Assembly (NCBI GenBank): GCA_041640035.1
Contig: JBEQBC010000007.1
Span: forward strand, 1 to 34,144
DNA from: Candidatus Nanohaloarchaea archaeon
GTDB lineage: Archaea > Nanohalarchaeota > Nanosalinia > Nanosalinales > Nanosalinaceae
Length of the DNA: 34,144 bases
Direction: 5' to 3'
A program made the translations under genes and the position numbers. The notes beneath the pieces are model-generated. The model saw only the letters and a program-made list of their open reading frames with translations. It searched no databases and had not been told where the DNA came from. Below, piece by piece: positions 8,400 to 17,691 of the stretch (within the stretch, counting starts at the first letter, position 1; each line of letters begins with the position of its first letter).

Positions 8400-8498
8400 A
8401 TAACCAGAGTTTCTCAATTCCACTGTTAAAAATTCCTTCCCCCTGAAGCCTAGTGAAATCGAAACTATAAAACCTGTAAGAACTTATTGAATAAATAT

Positions 8499-8903
8499 AT
8501 GAGAAAAGGAATAACACCTGTAGTAGCTATTATTCTCTTGATATCGATTACTGTTACAGCGGCTGGAACAGTATACACTTATGTAAATGCCGCTCAGCCA
8601 GATGATGTCGGAGATCAGGTGGAGTTCTCAGATCAACTCAGTGTCAACTTTGAAAGCTGCTGGTCTGATGGCTCAGGTTACAGATACAGCATAAGAAACA
8701 CCGGTGAAACAGCGTTCAACACTTCCAAAATAAATGTTTTAGTAAACAGCAGACCTCAATCTGAAAGTGAGTTTGACTTCACTCAGGTTGCTGTAAACCC
8801 TCAGGAAACATTTGAACTATTCGTCGATAATGTTGATAGAGGAGATACACTGGAGATGGTTAAAGGAGATACGACAGTCACTGAGACCTGCAGAATAAGC
8901 TGA
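8499..8903 (+). CDS. Type IV pilin / archaellin-like protein with a class III signal peptide
   Basis: MRKG|ITPVVAIILLISITVTAAG prepilin motif, followed by a beta-rich domain with IRNTG and two Cys. Confidence 0.88.
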   Translation: MRKGITPVVAIILLISITVTAAGTVYTYVNAAQPDDVGDQVEFSDQLSVNFESCWSDGSGYRYSIRNTGETAFNTSKINVLVNSRPQSESEFDFTQVAVNPQETFELFVDNVDRGDTLEMVKGDTTVTETCRIS

Positions 8904-8925
8904 AACATGTACAAAATAAGTGGGA

Positions 8926-9000
<75 letters not shown>

Positions 9001-9072
9001 ATCTGTTGACCTGTGTGAATAAGAGGAGGTGTTAATACTTTTAAACATGTTCTAATTTCTGAATTTCCTTCA

Positions 9073-10107
9073 CTAGCTCATATCTCTTATGTCCTTGAAA
9101 GCCTCCTCGTTTACATCCAGTCCTTTCATCGAGATCTCAAGTTCGTCCGCAAGCCGGTCAAGGTTCTCTTCTTCCAGTTCCATAGGATCTATTTCAAGTG
9201 CTCCACATGCGGAGGTCACACTTGATTCTGCTGTAGCTTGAGGTACATCCTTTGAAAGTCTTTCAACAACTTTCAGAGCCAAGCTATTCATCTCAGGTCT
9301 TTCTCTCTCAAACTCTGCCTTCAACGCGAGGACCATATCACCCAACACCTCTCTGAACTCTTTCAGTTCATCTGCGTTGGTATGGATTCTTGAAAGATCT
9401 ACCTCTTCCAGTTCCTCGTTCTTGATTTTCTCGGCTTCGTCCGAAAGCTCTCTGATCGGCTTGCTTAGTTTGATCGATGCTACAACTGCCAGTATAACTG
9501 AGATGAGTATCACGAGGCTTCCCATCATCATGATGTTTGTGCTGAGTTCGCCCAGGCTTTCATGCAGTTCGGATAGCTGCCTGATCTCTGAGTCAACTAC
9601 TTCTGCGTTGATGGTAGCAGAGGCGGAGGCAACTCTCTGGAAGTCTCCTCGGAAGTTATCGATTGCGGTGCTTGAGATAGTGCTTCCGGTTCTCACACTT
9701 GAGGAAGTATAAACAATCTGTTTCTCCATATCATCCTGAGCTTTATTCAGTACTTCAAGATTCTGAGCTACAGTACTGTTCTCTTCGGTATCATTTAGCT
9801 CCTGTTCGAGATTATAGGTCGCCTGAATAAATCTCTGATAATTATCCTCAAGTTCTCTGGACTCCACCAGCGCCTGATTGGTCTCTCCCTGATCCAGGTG
9901 ATGCTGGATATTCTCAAGGTTCACAAGCATCTGTTCGGAGGAATCAAAAGCCGTCTTGCTGCTTTCAATAACAGATATTGAACGGTCAATTCTCTGTTCA
10001 GCTTGCTGGTTCGTGTTCTGTACTGCTTGATGGGTTAAAACCGTGAGAGCTGGTGTGAAGGCAGCGATGAATAGAAAGCTTGCCACCATCATCGTCCGAA
10101 TTTTCAT
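9073..10107 (-). CDS. Membrane sensor: TM, extracellular helical bundle, TM, HAMP and a short C-terminal helical domain
   Basis: Two TM segments flank a ~165-aa helical region. HAMP pattern SKPIRELSDEAEKI...DELKEFREVLGDMVLAL. No kinase or MCP domain. Confidence 0.82.
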   Translation of the reverse strand: MKIRTMMVASFLFIAAFTPALTVLTHQAVQNTNQQAEQRIDRSISVIESSKTAFDSSEQMLVNLENIQHHLDQGETNQALVESRELEDNYQRFIQATYNLEQELNDTEENSTVAQNLEVLNKAQDDMEKQIVYTSSSVRTGSTISSTAIDNFRGDFQRVASASATINAEVVDSEIRQLSELHESLGELSTNIMMMGSLVILISVILAVVASIKLSKPIRELSDEAEKIKNEELEEVDLSRIHTNADELKEFREVLGDMVLALKAEFERERPEMNSLALKVVERLSKDVPQATAESSVTSACGALEIDPMELEEENLDRLADELEISMKGLDVNEEAFKDIRDMS

Positions 10108-10169
10108 ATATCAGAAATATGGCTGAGAGTCAAATAAAAAAAGAAAGGTATGAAATGTAGGCGGATTTG

Positions 10170-11171
10170 TTACTCTGCGATTTCTCCCTCAACTGTGATT
10201 CCGAATGACTGTCCTAGAGAGGTTGCTGGTGAGGAAGAGTGCTTTGCCCACACTGTGTGGATGTCGATTTCGCTGGAGACATCTTCAATGGATCCGGATG
10301 CACCTGAAGCCTGTAGAATTCCTTTGTCCAGATCGGCACCTTTGTTGACAGCTACAGTGTTTGAGAAGCCCTGGTTGGCCATATGACCTGCGAGCTCCCA
10401 TTCAGCTACAACTGTACTGTTGTACTGCTCCTGAAGATCCTTGATGGTTGAAGGTGTGAAATGATCAAGGTGTCCATGTGTAATCAGAATCATATCTACA
10501 TCCGGTACATTACTTAGATCCTCCTTCCAGTCCTGAGGTGCGGAAGGATTGGTCTCGATCCATGGATCGACCATGATGTTGCTTCCTTCAGGTCCTTGGA
10601 ACATCAATGTTCCATGACCTACCCACATAGTCTCTACACCGTTGACGGTCTCCCATTCGCCGGTTTCAAGAGTTTCTGCCTCTGAATCAGTTTCATTGTT
10701 TTCACGGAGGTCAGAAAGCTCGTTGCTGAACTCCTCTGGATTCTGATCCAGGTAAGGGAAAGTTCCGTAATGGATTGGGATAGATGTCTCAGCATCTACA
10801 TCAGCAGCCATCTCGGCTCCTGTCTCCATATCCGCCGTGTAGACATTCCCTGTAGAGAAGAAAGCTACTGAAGGATCAAGCTCGGGCTTGATGTAGTTCT
10901 CAAGAGTCCACATAGGAGCGGTATCTCCTGAGACATAGAAGCTTTCCCCGTTAGGGAAATCAATCACATATCCCATTGAAGAACCGGCGTAAAGAGGTTC
11001 TCCAAACCTGTTAGGCTGTTGCTCATCTAGATTGGAAGCGATATTCTGAACATCCTCTTCCTGTAACTGACTTTCCTGTGAGCCTGTTTGGGAAAATGAT
11101 TGAATAGCTACACCGGCAGAAATAACTAGGGCTAGGGCACCTAGTCCAACTGCTAAGTCGGTTCTTTCCAT
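10170..11171 (-). CDS. Membrane-anchored, circularly permuted metallo-beta-lactamase-fold hydrolase (UPF0173-like)
   Basis: N-terminal TM/signal. The motifs YVSGDT and IPIHYGTFP come before WVGHG, VDPW, LITHGHLDH and AKHSSS. Confidence 0.85.
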   Translation of the reverse strand: MERTDLAVGLGALALVISAGVAIQSFSQTGSQESQLQEEDVQNIASNLDEQQPNRFGEPLYAGSSMGYVIDFPNGESFYVSGDTAPMWTLENYIKPELDPSVAFFSTGNVYTADMETGAEMAADVDAETSIPIHYGTFPYLDQNPEEFSNELSDLRENNETDSEAETLETGEWETVNGVETMWVGHGTLMFQGPEGSNIMVDPWIETNPSAPQDWKEDLSNVPDVDMILITHGHLDHFTPSTIKDLQEQYNSTVVAEWELAGHMANQGFSNTVAVNKGADLDKGILQASGASGSIEDVSSEIDIHTVWAKHSSSPATSLGQSFGITVEGEIAE

Positions 11172-11275
11172 ATTTACTGTAATAGCTATTCTCGTTCTTA
11201 AGATTTAGACAGTACATTTCACATTCCCCTCTAGAACCATTACAGTTAACAGGAAATCCAATAAATTACATCATC

Positions 11276-11587
11276 ATGAGTGTAGAAAAATTCAGATCCG
11301 ACCTAGGTGAAGTCGCGATAACCGACTCCCATATCGAGAGGGAAAGAGATAATGATGAGGAATGGGAGCGTATCAAGAGAACATTCAGTGAGAAAAAACT
11401 GCTGGATGAAGCACATTTCTCCGATATCGAAAGGATCGAGTACGAGAACGGATCTGTATACCCGAACATCAGGGTCAAGACTTCTGAAAGATGGCAGCGT
11501 CTTTTCTTCCATGTCGGGGATGAGGCAGAGGAATGCTTCAAGGAACTGAAGTACCGGCTTAATGTGTACAGACAGACATTCTCCTAG
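11276..11587 (+). CDS. Hypothetical protein, possibly PH-like fold
   Basis: Acidic 103-aa ORF with a beta-strand pattern (GEVAITDSHIER...FSDIERIEY...IRVKT...LFF) ending in one helix. Confidence 0.7.
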   Translation: MSVEKFRSDLGEVAITDSHIERERDNDEEWERIKRTFSEKKLLDEAHFSDIERIEYENGSVYPNIRVKTSERWQRLFFHVGDEAEECFKELKYRLNVYRQTFS

Positions 11588-11630
11588 AGGAAAGCTTTTA
11601 ACCCGGTACAGCCCTATAAACAGTAATATT

Positions 11631-12230
11631 ATGGTAAGCGTACTAAGCAGGATAATCGACAAATTCACATCCGACGACGAAATTAAGATCGAAGACATGG
11701 AGCTTGAAGAACTCAAAGAGGAAAGAGCAGACCTCAGAGCAGACCTCGAACTGAAAAGAGACAAGCACGAAGGACTGGCAGAAGACCGCAGAGCCAAGTT
11801 CCAGAGACTACAGGAAACAGACGAACAACTACTGAAAGAAGAACTAGCAGAAGAAATAGCTTCAATTGAAGACGAGATGAGCATATACCACAACGAACAC
11901 GCACAGGTAATGGACGCGTTAAGAGTGATCGACGGCTTCATCGCGATTAAAAGGAAACAGGAACTGATGGAAGACCAGGGAATCGTCCAGGAAATCGAGG
12001 ACATGGACCAAGAAGAACTTGTAGACACCTTGAAGCAGGAAAGAGTACAGGAACTGATCCAGGACGAACAGTGGAGCGAACTGGAAGATGTATTCAGAGG
12101 CGAACTCCGACCTGACTACAGCGGAAATAAACGAGTCAACGAGATAATCGACTCCGCAGAACAAACCGCCGATCAGAGCGTTGACGAAGCACTAAACCAG
12201 CGAGACAAAAACCGGCAGACACTGGATTAA
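11631..12230 (+). CDS. All-helical coiled-coil protein (ESCRT-III/PspA-like candidate)
   Basis: N-terminal amphipathic helix MVSVLSRIIDKF, then long heptad helices, 199 aa. A TATA-like CTTTTAA lies ~30 nt upstream of ATG 11631. Confidence 0.75.
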   Translation: MVSVLSRIIDKFTSDDEIKIEDMELEELKEERADLRADLELKRDKHEGLAEDRRAKFQRLQETDEQLLKEELAEEIASIEDEMSIYHNEHAQVMDALRVIDGFIAIKRKQELMEDQGIVQEIEDMDQEELVDTLKQERVQELIQDEQWSELEDVFRGELRPDYSGNKRVNEIIDSAEQTADQSVDEALNQRDKNRQTLD

Positions 12231-12247
12231 AGCAGGTGTAGTATAGA

Positions 12248-12652
12248 ATGGCTGATGAATGTATATTCTGCCAGATTATCGAAGGCGAAATGCCTTCTCA
12301 CCAAATCTATGAGGACGATAAAGTCGTAGCATTCCTCGATGTAAACCCGGTATCCAAAGGACATACACTGGTAGTTCCGAAGGAGCATGTGAATGATATC
12401 CATGAAGCTGAAAACATGGACTACATGTGGGAGCCACTTGTCAAGGTAGCGAACACGGTCAAGGAAGAGTTCGGTGCTGAAGGAGTAAACATTGCACAGA
12501 ACAACGGTGAAAAAGCAGGACAGGAAGTATTCCACCTACACTTCCATGTAACACCGATCTACGACGGCAACGAGCTGGACATAACCTACAACCGAAGCGA
12601 ACTAGAAAACGGAGAAGAGATAGCGGAGCAGCTCCGGAAAGACCTTGAATAA
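12248..12652 (+). CDS. hit: HIT family nucleotide hydrolase
   Basis: CIFCQII, AFLDVNP..GHTLVVPK and AGQEVFHLHFHVTP histidine triad. Confidence 0.95.
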   Translation: MADECIFCQIIEGEMPSHQIYEDDKVVAFLDVNPVSKGHTLVVPKEHVNDIHEAENMDYMWEPLVKVANTVKEEFGAEGVNIAQNNGEKAGQEVFHLHFHVTPIYDGNELDITYNRSELENGEEIAEQLRKDLE

Positions 12653-12693
12653 AAAAATCATCAACATATTTTCTTCTTTTAATTTTCCTTCCT

Positions 12694-13017
12694 ATGGAGA
12701 GAAAAAAGCTGGCGGGTTATTCCGCTATAGGCTTTGTATTACTTAGTTTTCTGGCCGGTTTAGTGGTTAATCCGTCGATGCAGACCTTGATGGACTGCCC
12801 ATGTGAGTTACAGCAAATTGATAACTCTACTCAGGATGGTGAAGTACCCTGCAACAGCGTCACCACTACGGATTACATCTTCTTCACGGGTGTCCTGAAT
12901 GTTTATCAGGAGAAGGAAGGACAGGAGATAATAATGTGTGAAAACGGTGAACGAGTAGGAGAAAAAGTCAGGTATGATGAAGTATCTGATATCAAGGTCG
13001 GCACCCTCCTGAACTAA
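12694..13017 (+). CDS. Small membrane-anchored or secreted protein with 4 Cys
   Basis: Basic N-terminus plus a hydrophobic helix, followed by CPC...C...C. Confidence 0.7.
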   Translation: MERKKLAGYSAIGFVLLSFLAGLVVNPSMQTLMDCPCELQQIDNSTQDGEVPCNSVTTTDYIFFTGVLNVYQEKEGQEIIMCENGERVGEKVRYDEVSDIKVGTLLN

Positions 13018-13073
13018 CAGAATTTCCGAATATGTGGAAAATCCATAAGAACCTCCCTTCAACAAAAATCTTT

Positions 13074-13901
13074 GTGGCGCTCATAGAAAACCTGCTAATA
13101 GTATTTATCGCAGGTCTGATAACTGATTTAGCCACAGGTATAGGTGCGATACCGTTCTTTTTCATCAAAGAATTTAGTTCAAGGTACTTAATCAGTCTCT
13201 GGGGATTAGCATCCGGTATAATGATTTCAGCGTCCTTCCTGGGCCTGATTCCGGAAGGACTGAAGGCAGCTCAAGAGTACCCTCTCTACGGCTCCGAATA
13301 CTTGGCGGTAGGAATCGGACTTCTGATAGGAATAGCACTTGTAGTCGTTGCGCGTAAAGCGATCGATGAGGTCGAACTTGATCCAGGAACATTTGAGGAA
13401 GCGGACTTCAAGAAGATGATACTTATACTCGGAATACTTACAGTCCACAGCTTCCCGGAAGGCATAGCTATCGGTGTCTCATTCGCAGAAATGGGTCTAG
13501 GAAACACAGGTATACCGGTACTAGGCTTCATGATTCCGGCCATCGGTATAACGATGACTATCGCGATATCAATCCACAATATTCCGGAAGGCATCGCGAT
13601 CTCGATACCTTTCAAGGCTTCAGGTGTCTCAAACTGGAAGACAATGGGTGCCGCAATTTTCTCAAGTGTTCCACAGCCTATAGGCGCTTTAATAGCGTAC
13701 CTGTTCGTGCAGCAGGCGAGGATGTTCCTTCCTATCGGTTACGGGTTCGCAGCCGGTGCGATGATATTCCTGGTATTGACAGAGTTTGTGGAGGAAGCAT
13801 TCGAAGAAGCTGAAGAGATAAAATCAAGTGGCTGGCCTGAGTTCCTGGCAGGAAACCTCGCAGGATTAATAATCATGGTACTTCTATTTGCTTTCGTATG
13901 A
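13074..13901 (+). CDS. ZIP (ZupT/GufA) family divalent metal transporter
   Basis: LTVHSFPEGIAIG, ISIHNIPEGIAIS and GFAAGAMIFLV. The likely start is GTG at 13074. Confidence 0.93.
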   Translation: MALIENLLIVFIAGLITDLATGIGAIPFFFIKEFSSRYLISLWGLASGIMISASFLGLIPEGLKAAQEYPLYGSEYLAVGIGLLIGIALVVVARKAIDEVELDPGTFEEADFKKMILILGILTVHSFPEGIAIGVSFAEMGLGNTGIPVLGFMIPAIGITMTIAISIHNIPEGIAISIPFKASGVSNWKTMGAAIFSSVPQPIGALIAYLFVQQARMFLPIGYGFAAGAMIFLVLTEFVEEAFEEAEEIKSSGWPEFLAGNLAGLIIMVLLFAFV

Positions 13902-14275
13902 TAGAACTAGCTGGGAACCTGTTGATAGAAGACGGAGAACTACTTCTGATCTACCGCAGCGACGAGGAACACTGGGAAGTACCCGGCGGCAAAGTCGAAG
14001 AAAATGAATCACCGACCCAGGCAGCAGTAAGAGAGGCAGAAGAAGAGATAGGCGTCGAAGTCGAGCTTGAAAAACCGTTTTACACGGGAGAATTCATGAA
14101 GGACGGCGAAATGTTTCTATGGCACGGATACATAGTCTCGACGGATGAAGAACCATCTCTGGAGGAGGAAAAGTTTTCGGACCTGGAATGGATAGATGAA
14201 GAAAGGCTTGATGAACTGGATTTGGCGCCGAACCTGAGGCAGATCGAGCCAGCGCTTCGAAAAGTACTCGGTTGA
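13898..14275 (+). CDS. Nudix hydrolase
   Basis: Nudix box GGKVEENESPTQAAVREAEEEIG. ATGA overlap with the ZIP gene. Confidence 0.93.
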   Translation: MIELAGNLLIEDGELLLIYRSDEEHWEVPGGKVEENESPTQAAVREAEEEIGVEVELEKPFYTGEFMKDGEMFLWHGYIVSTDEEPSLEEEKFSDLEWIDEERLDELDLAPNLRQIEPALRKVLG

Positions 14276-14316
14276 ACGGTATCTTTTAAGATCTGAGTAC
14301 ATCATTCTTGAAATAC

Positions 14317-15471
14317 ATGCTAGAGTTCCTGCATAGAAAGGAAGTAGACCAGATATACCTGTACGAATTCCTTCAACGATTCGTAGTATCTCTAATAGGG
14401 ATTTTCATACCGATACAGATAGTATCCGCAGGACTCTCATACAATATAGCTTTTATCTACCTCATAGTCATGGGCATAGTTTTCACTTTGAGTGTGATAC
14501 CGGTCTCCTTCCTGATATCCAAGATAGGATTCAAACACGGCTTGATAGCAAGCTATCTATTCTATATACCGGCTTTCATGCTTTTGCGTTTCCTTGAACT
14601 GACGCCTACTGTTGCGGTAGGTGTAGGAGTAGTTTACGCTATCGCACAGAGCCTTCACTGGCTTTCACTTAACTCGGAGTTCGCAGTGGATTCAAGCGAC
14701 GGTGAGAGAAGCGATGAGTCTGGAAAGATGATAGGCTTACCGCGGCTAGCCGGCACTATCGCTCCGGTTACAGGCGGAGTTATCATGGCGACCTTCGGCT
14801 TCCCGATGCTTGTAACAGTGGCACTGGTCTTCCTAGGGCTTTCTATAATCCCTCTTTTGATGAGTGGCGATCACCGTGATCCTATGGATTACAGTGTAAA
14901 GGATATCTGGGATAAAGAGCACAGAAGATTCGCAGGACTTTTCGTTCTCCGTGGAGCAGATATAGGTACAGCAGTCTACCTCTTCCCATTGTATGTTTTC
15001 CTTGTAATCGGAGGAGAAGTCAGCGCCGGAGGAGCAAGAACAGTTGAAGGAATCGGAGCAGTACTAATGGCCCTGGTAACAGGTAAACTTTCCGATAAGT
15101 TTGGCAGATTGAAGATGATTGTGGCAGGATTGCTGGCTATAACTGTAGCACACTTCTCAAGGACCTTGATATCATCAGGAACACATGTAGTAATGCTTTC
15201 ACTGTTCGCAGGACTCGCATTCATGGTTTACTATGTACCTCTCTACTCGATATATGCTGATATAGCAGAAGATGAAGATATACTTGAGTTCTACGCACTG
15301 CGTGACTTCTTCCTGAACATTGGAAAGCTTATGGCTTACCTCGTAGCGTTCGCAGCCTCCATGTACTTTGGATCATTCAAACAGGGCATAGCTACAGCAT
15401 TCGTCTACACAGGTCTATGTACACTGGCCTTGGTTGGTTATAGTCAGTGGCTGAAAGAAGAAGATGAATGA
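14317..15471 (+). CDS. MFS transporter
   Basis: About 12 TM segments, with motif A-like loops ISKIGFK and GKLSDKFGRLK. Confidence 0.88.
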   Translation: MLEFLHRKEVDQIYLYEFLQRFVVSLIGIFIPIQIVSAGLSYNIAFIYLIVMGIVFTLSVIPVSFLISKIGFKHGLIASYLFYIPAFMLLRFLELTPTVAVGVGVVYAIAQSLHWLSLNSEFAVDSSDGERSDESGKMIGLPRLAGTIAPVTGGVIMATFGFPMLVTVALVFLGLSIIPLLMSGDHRDPMDYSVKDIWDKEHRRFAGLFVLRGADIGTAVYLFPLYVFLVIGGEVSAGGARTVEGIGAVLMALVTGKLSDKFGRLKMIVAGLLAITVAHFSRTLISSGTHVVMLSLFAGLAFMVYYVPLYSIYADIAEDEDILEFYALRDFFLNIGKLMAYLVAFAASMYFGSFKQGIATAFVYTGLCTLALVGYSQWLKEEDE

Positions 15472-15496
15472 AAGAAGAGGGTAAAAAGAGGAGCTG

Positions 15497-16078
15497 TTAC
15501 TGGTTGAATTGGTTTGAGATGTTTACATCCTGTTTCTCTTCCTCTGTGGCTTCGAAAAGCTCCTTGTCACTGTATCCCATCATGTTCGCCATGAGGTTGT
15601 ACGGGATCTGGTGGATGCGTGTGTTGTAGGTGTTGACTGACTGGTTGTAGAACTCTCTTCGGTCAGCGATCTGATCCTCGATATCAGATACTCTTTGCTG
15701 AAGCTGCTGGAACTGTTCGCTGGATTTCAGGTTCGGGTAGTCCTCTGCTACTGCGAAGAAGTTTCCAAGCGCTCCACGCATCTGTTTGTCGGCTTCTGCC
15801 TTGGCTTGTGGGCTTGAGGCTTTCTGAGCCTTGTTTCTGGCCTGTGTTATCTCGTTCATTACTTCCTGTTCGTAGTCCATGTACTCCTGTGCGGCGTCTA
15901 CCAGTTTGGGTATCTCGTCGCTTCTCTGTTTCAACAGTACATCGATGTTGCTCCATGCCTCGTTGATATCTTTTCTGAGTCTTACCAGGCCGTTGTACAT
16001 CATTACAAGGTAGCCTATGAGTCCGAAGAAGATTACTCCTCCGGTTAGAAGTATCAGAAGTGTTGTTCCTTCTACCAT
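15497..16078 (-). CDS. lemA: LemA family protein
   Basis: N-terminal TM, YNGLV, AWSNIDVLLKQRSDEIPKLV, AVAEDYPNLK and RREFYN..V..YN. Confidence 0.95.
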   Translation of the reverse strand: MVEGTTLLILLTGGVIFFGLIGYLVMMYNGLVRLRKDINEAWSNIDVLLKQRSDEIPKLVDAAQEYMDYEQEVMNEITQARNKAQKASSPQAKAEADKQMRGALGNFFAVAEDYPNLKSSEQFQQLQQRVSDIEDQIADRREFYNQSVNTYNTRIHQIPYNLMANMMGYSDKELFEATEEEKQDVNISNQFNQ

Positions 16079-16109
16079 ATCTAGAATACCTGTTTAGCCG
16101 CTTTTAAAT

Positions 16110-16952
16110 TTACAGTATGCCCATCATTCCTGCCATCAACATGTATCCAAGTGGTATAAGGATGATTCCTCCGAGAAGCATGGCCTTGTAGGTCCAGCCC
16201 CACCGGTTTCTAAGGTACTCTTCCGTCTTATCGGTAACATAGAACATCGGAGCCTGTCCTTCCTTGATGACAGGGTAGTTGGTTCCGTCCTGTCTGCGTT
16301 CCTCTTCCGCGTAACCGAAGACATAAAGGTGGTCGCCTGGCTGGATATAGTACTCCGTAAATCTTCTGTCGTTATCGAAGATTGTAAGCATCTCGTTGTT
16401 TCCTTCCTTAACATTTTCGTTTTGATCGATGAAGTTCTGGATATGCTGCGGCGGTTCTTCTCCTCCATCAAGCTTTTCTTGGTAGTCTTCATCCGGTAGC
16501 TCTATTTCTGCCTCGCTTACCTCTAAGACTGCTGCGCCTGTTCCGTCGTCTATTCCGATTGGTTCGCTGGTTTTTCCGCTGTCGATAGTTTCCCAGTGGC
16601 TGTCATCTCCGTCACTCTGGTATTCTTCGACTTTGTATTCGTAGTATACGCATTCTGTGTTGGTTATCGGTGTCTGGAATTTCTTTGATACGACTCCTGC
16701 GTCTCCTTTGACTTCTACTGTTCCCATGGACATGGATCGTATCTTCTGTGTTGGCGTATCTCTTACAAGTTGTAGTCTGCGGAATCTTCCGAATCCCCAG
16801 TTGAATAGTCCTACTCCTCCGATGAAGACAAGTGTTGAGAACAGGAAGTTTTCTACTGCGTCTTCTCCGCCCGGTAGTTCTCCGAGCAGAACTGTGGATG
16901 CGATTCCGATTATGACAAGGGCTGCGCTGGCTCCGTATCTTAATGTACCCAT
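16110..16952 (-). CDS. GIDE/BAM-domain membrane protein
   Basis: TM pair, DTPT.KIRS...G.VEVKG, CVYYEYKVEE, IDDGTG, RFTEYYIQPGD.LYVFG and a C-terminal TM. Confidence 0.82.
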   Translation of the reverse strand: MGTLRYGASAALVIIGIASTVLLGELPGGEDAVENFLFSTLVFIGGVGLFNWGFGRFRRLQLVRDTPTQKIRSMSMGTVEVKGDAGVVSKKFQTPITNTECVYYEYKVEEYQSDGDDSHWETIDSGKTSEPIGIDDGTGAAVLEVSEAEIELPDEDYQEKLDGGEEPPQHIQNFIDQNENVKEGNNEMLTIFDNDRRFTEYYIQPGDHLYVFGYAEEERRQDGTNYPVIKEGQAPMFYVTDKTEEYLRNRWGWTYKAMLLGGIILIPLGYMLMAGMMGIL

Positions 16953-17029
16953 GCTTCGTGATTTAGAGCCGTGCTTAAAATAATTTCAGGGTCAAAAAAC
17001 CGTGTTCTGAATACTGAAGAGAAAAATTT

Positions 17030-17068
17030 GAGAATAGAAAAAGAGAGATAGGGGGGGTGGATCGGTTT
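17030..17068 (-). terminator. Putative pyrimidine-rich terminator downstream of rpo10
   Basis: The minus strand reads CCCCCCCTATCTCTCTTTTTCTATTCTC shortly after the stop codon. Confidence 0.4.
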
Positions 17069-17269
17069 TTACGCGATCTTGTGTTCGGCGACTTCGTCTG
17101 CGTAGTCGACATGTGTGAGGAAGATTGTCCGGCAGCAGTACTTGTCAACATTTAGGTCGTCAAGCACTTCACCTTTCTCTTCGCCGTCTTCTTCTACTCG
17201 TTCCTGGTATTCCTCCCATTTGTCGCCGATTACCTGGCCGCAGCTCATGCAGCGTACTGGAAATTCCAT
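17069..17269 (-). CDS. rpo10: DNA-directed RNA polymerase subunit N (Rpo10)
   Basis: PVRCMSCG and YCCR Zn motifs, in the conserved position after rps9. Confidence 0.97.
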   Translation of the reverse strand: MEFPVRCMSCGQVIGDKWEEYQERVEEDGEEKGEVLDDLNVDKYCCRTIFLTHVDYADEVAEHKIA

Positions 17270-17278
17270 AGTTGTTTT

Positions 17279-17689
17279 TTACCTGTAGGACTTCTGCTGT
17301 TTGTGTCGAGCTCCTTTGCTCGACTGGCTTGGTTTTCTGGTCTCGGTTCTTCGAGGGTCTTCGACCATCATGTTTCGGTCGTATTCCCTGAACTCTCTTT
17401 CCAGGTCGTCGCTTCCTGTCCATTCTACCAGTGCACGGGCTACTGCCATTCTCATGGCTTCTGCCTGTCCCTGTACTCCGCCGCCGTTGGCGTTGACCTC
17501 GATTGTGAGGTCTCCGTAGATTTCTTCTCCGGCGATGGTTAATGGTTCTTTGACTCGGTTCTGAACCATTTCTTCCTGTACATGGAGGGGTCGGGAGTTG
17601 ATTCTTAGTTCTCCGTCTCCTTCTGTGATGGTTGCTCGTGCTTTGGCTGTCTTTCTTTTACCTGATGCGTGTGCTGCTTCGTCGCTCAT
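17279..17689 (-). CDS. rps9: 30S ribosomal protein S9 (uS9)
   Basis: SGKRKTAKARA, GGGVQGQAEA, ARAL and C-terminal QKSYR. Confidence 0.97.
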   Translation of the reverse strand: MSDEAAHASGKRKTAKARATITEGDGELRINSRPLHVQEEMVQNRVKEPLTIAGEEIYGDLTIEVNANGGGVQGQAEAMRMAVARALVEWTGSDDLEREFREYDRNMMVEDPRRTETRKPSQSSKGARHKQQKSYR

Positions 17690-17691
17690 TT

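Noticed and set aside
11303-12028. 241-aa minus-strand ORF
   Set aside because: Ser/Leu-rich antisense shadow of two plus-strand genes.
12248-14275. HIT and Nudix genes as detoxifying partners of the ART-like gene
   Set aside because: They are common housekeeping families about 10 kb away, with no evidence of linkage.
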